This document shows, in pieces, positions 61,588 through 64,000 of a stretch of DNA of 64,000 nucleotides. The stretch covers positions 17,980,001 to 18,044,000 of the forward strand of contig OX597817.1 of the NCBI GenBank assembly GCA_951406725.2. Direction: 5' to 3'. Numbering within the stretch: the stretch's first letter is position 1; every line of letters begins with the position of its first letter. The translations under genes were made by a program, and so were the position numbers. Under the pieces are notes generated by a model. It searched no databases. It was given only the letters and a program-made list of their open reading frames with translations, and was not told the origin of the DNA. The DNA comes from Octopus vulgaris (Eukaryota).

Positions 61588-61857
61588 CATACATACATAT
61601 ACATACATACATACACACACGCACACACACACATATATAAACACACACACACACACATATAAATTAAATATAAGGATAAAATCTATATAAGTATATAGCC
61701 AGCGTATAAAACCAATCAAGATAAAAAATTAATACTAAGTATATAATTTTTTAAAATACATTATTACATTAAGGATTTGGTTAAAAAGAGTCGATGAGCG
61801 ATGGCTAGAAGAATATTGAGCTTTATTTGATAACCAGTTGATCTAGCAAGCGGGGCT

Positions 61858-62043
61858 TCATATTAGTGAGGAAGACCGGTGCGCATTGATGCCGTCGAGA
61901 GGTAGGCCCCAAAACGGCGCGCATTCTCTCCTGATGACCCCATACACTTGCTGGCTTCCGGTATGCGGAGTTTTTGACTGGTTGCACTTGCATGTGCAAG
62001 TTGTTTGCAGGACATCAATAAAGCCATACGCCGGAAAGAGACG
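61858..62043 (-). CDS. Candidate terminal coding exon of an unidentified gene (RLFPAYGFIDVLQTTCTCKC...SSSLI*)
   Basis: GC/CpG-rich unique island; tttgattttag acceptor; 61 open codons to TGA; no upstream exon seen in the window. Confidence 0.4.
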   Translation of the reverse strand, partial: RLFPAYGFIDVLQTTCTCKCNQSKTPHTGSQQVYGVIRRECAPFWGLPLDGINAHRSSSLI

Positions 62044-62221
62044 CTAAAATCAAACTACTTTATCAAAATATACATACGCGCTGAAGTCGAGGAAATGAAC
62101 AAAGAAAAAGTTCTTTTAAAAAGGTTCAGTTGCATATCGAAACGATTTCATGTCAGCGCTGTAACACGCTGTCCACTCGTCAGTGCAAACATAACCAGAA
62201 ATATATAAATATGAACACTTA

Positions 62222-62432
62222 CTCTTTTTTACTTGTTTCAGTCATTTGACTGCGGCCTTGCTGGAGCACCGCCTTTAGTCGAGCAACTCGACCTCGGGAC
62301 TTATTCTTTATAAGCCCAGTACTTATTCTATCGGTCTCTTTTGCCAAACCGCAAAGTGACGGGGATATAAACACACCAGCATTGGTTGTCAAGCAATACT
62401 AGGGGGACAAACACAGACACACAAACACACAC

Positions 62433-62507
<75 letters not shown>

Positions 62508-62673
62508 TACGACGGGCTTCTTTCAGTTTCCGTCTACCAAATCCACTCATAAGGCTTTGGTCGGCCCGAGGCTATAGTAGAAGACACTTGCCCAAGATGC
62601 CACACAGTGGGACTGAACCCGGAACCATGTGGTTGGTAAGCAAGCTACTTACCACATAGCCACTCCTACGCCT
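62222..62673 (-). mobile_element. SINE family A
   Basis: Reverse-complement match. Confidence 0.9.
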
Positions 62674-62968
62674 ATATATTTTTTATTAATCTTTAGCAAA
62701 AGTAACTGAGTAACCCAAGGGCCGAGGGTTTCGTGCGTTGGCACTTATCAAACTAGTTTGATAACGCCTGAAACTCTTGACCATTGAGTCACTCTGCTGT
62801 TTTATTTTATTTATTTTTAAAAAATTTTTTATCTAGTTTCAGCTTACGTGCTGTGGCCATGCTGGGGCACCGCCATTTGGTGTTGCTACATGATTTTACT
62901 TCACGAATGCTTTTTAGCAATTGCCATTTGGTGCATGAGAGAGTTTCTGCTAAATATTAATATTACTT

Positions 62969-63401
62969 TGTATGTATGTATGTATGTCCGTATGTATGTA
63001 TGTATGTATGTATGTATGTATGTATGTATGTATGTATGTATGTATGTATGTATGTATGTATGCATGCATGCATACGTGTGTGTATGTATGTATGTATGTA
63101 TGTATGTATGTATGCATGCATGCATGCATGTATGTATGTATGTATGTATGTATGTATGTATGTATGTATGCATGCGTGCATGCATACGTGTGTGTATGTA
63201 TGTATGTATGTATGTATGTATGTATGTATGTATGTATGTATGTATGTATGTATGCATGCGTGCATGCATGCATACGTGTGTGTATGTATGTATGTATGTA
63301 TGCATGTATGTATGTATGTATGTATGTATGTATGTATGTATGTATGCATGAATGCATGCATGCATGCATGCATGTATGTATGTATGTACGTATGTATGTA
63401 T
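62969..63401. repeat. (TGTA)n/(TGCA)n compound microsatellite
   Basis: Directly visible; a similar tract lies at 61410-61660. Confidence 0.97.
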
Positions 63402-63705
63402 TTGAGGGGCTTCCACACAGTTTCTGTCTCCCTAATTCACTCATAAGGCAATGATCAACCCGGGGTTATAGTAGAAGACACCTGCTCAAGGTGCCGCACA
63501 GTGGGACTGAACCCGAAACAGCATGGTCGTAAACCGAGCTTATTAACCACGGAGGTATGCCTGCACCTATTTATAATTTTTATCCAAGGGACAAGTGGCT
63601 GGTTTAATTCCTTTGATGCACAACATATTGTTTGCTATTTATTACCGTTATTTGTTTCTTGTTTTTTGTTTTCTTTCTTCCAACTTAAAATCCATCGTAT
63701 CTGTT

Positions 63706-64000
63706 TCTTTATTACCAACAAGGGGCTAAACACAGAGGGGACAAACAAGGACAGGGGCAAACGGATTAAGTCGATTACATCGACCCCAGTGCGTAACTGT
63801 TACTTAATTTATCGACCCCGAAAGGATGAAAGGCAAAGTCGACCTCGGTGGAATTTGAACTCAGAACGTAACAGTAGACGAAATACCTATTTCTTTACTA
63901 CCTATTTCTTTACTACCCAGAAGGGGTATTACCAACAAGGGGCTAAACACAGAGGGGACAAACAAGGACAGACAAACGGATTAAGTCGATTACATCGACC
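63706..64000 (-). mobile_element. SINE family C tandem array (runs off the window)
   Basis: Same unit and GAAATACCTATTTC junction as 56131-56918. Confidence 0.85.

Overview
Eukaryotic, AT-rich, repeat-dense animal genomic DNA. The SINE, LINE and MITE families and the (TACA)n/(GAT)n microsatellites look like Octopus/coleoid cephalopod DNA; this is recognition-based inference. Almost all ORFs in the supplied track are repeat or microsatellite artefacts. Two real spliced genes converge tail-to-tail. The first is the 3' half of a BPI/LBP-family lipid-binding gene on + (six exons found by eye, 4947-28931). The second is NIFK/Nop15 (RRM nucleolar protein) on - (ATG at 45280). NIFK has two duplicated, open, splice-compatible terminal exons (36745-37083 and 29442-29918), and one RRM exon probably lies in the 100-N gap. 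The rest is mobile DNA: a near-intact CR1-type LINE, Penelope-like remnants with several minimal hammerhead-ribozyme motifs, RTE fragments, Helitron pieces, Tc1/mariner, pogo/Tigger, hAT, piggyBac-like and GG-terminal MITEs, and three tRNA-derived SINE families, one of which forms head-to-tail arrays. All calls are by eye and repeat boundaries are approximate.
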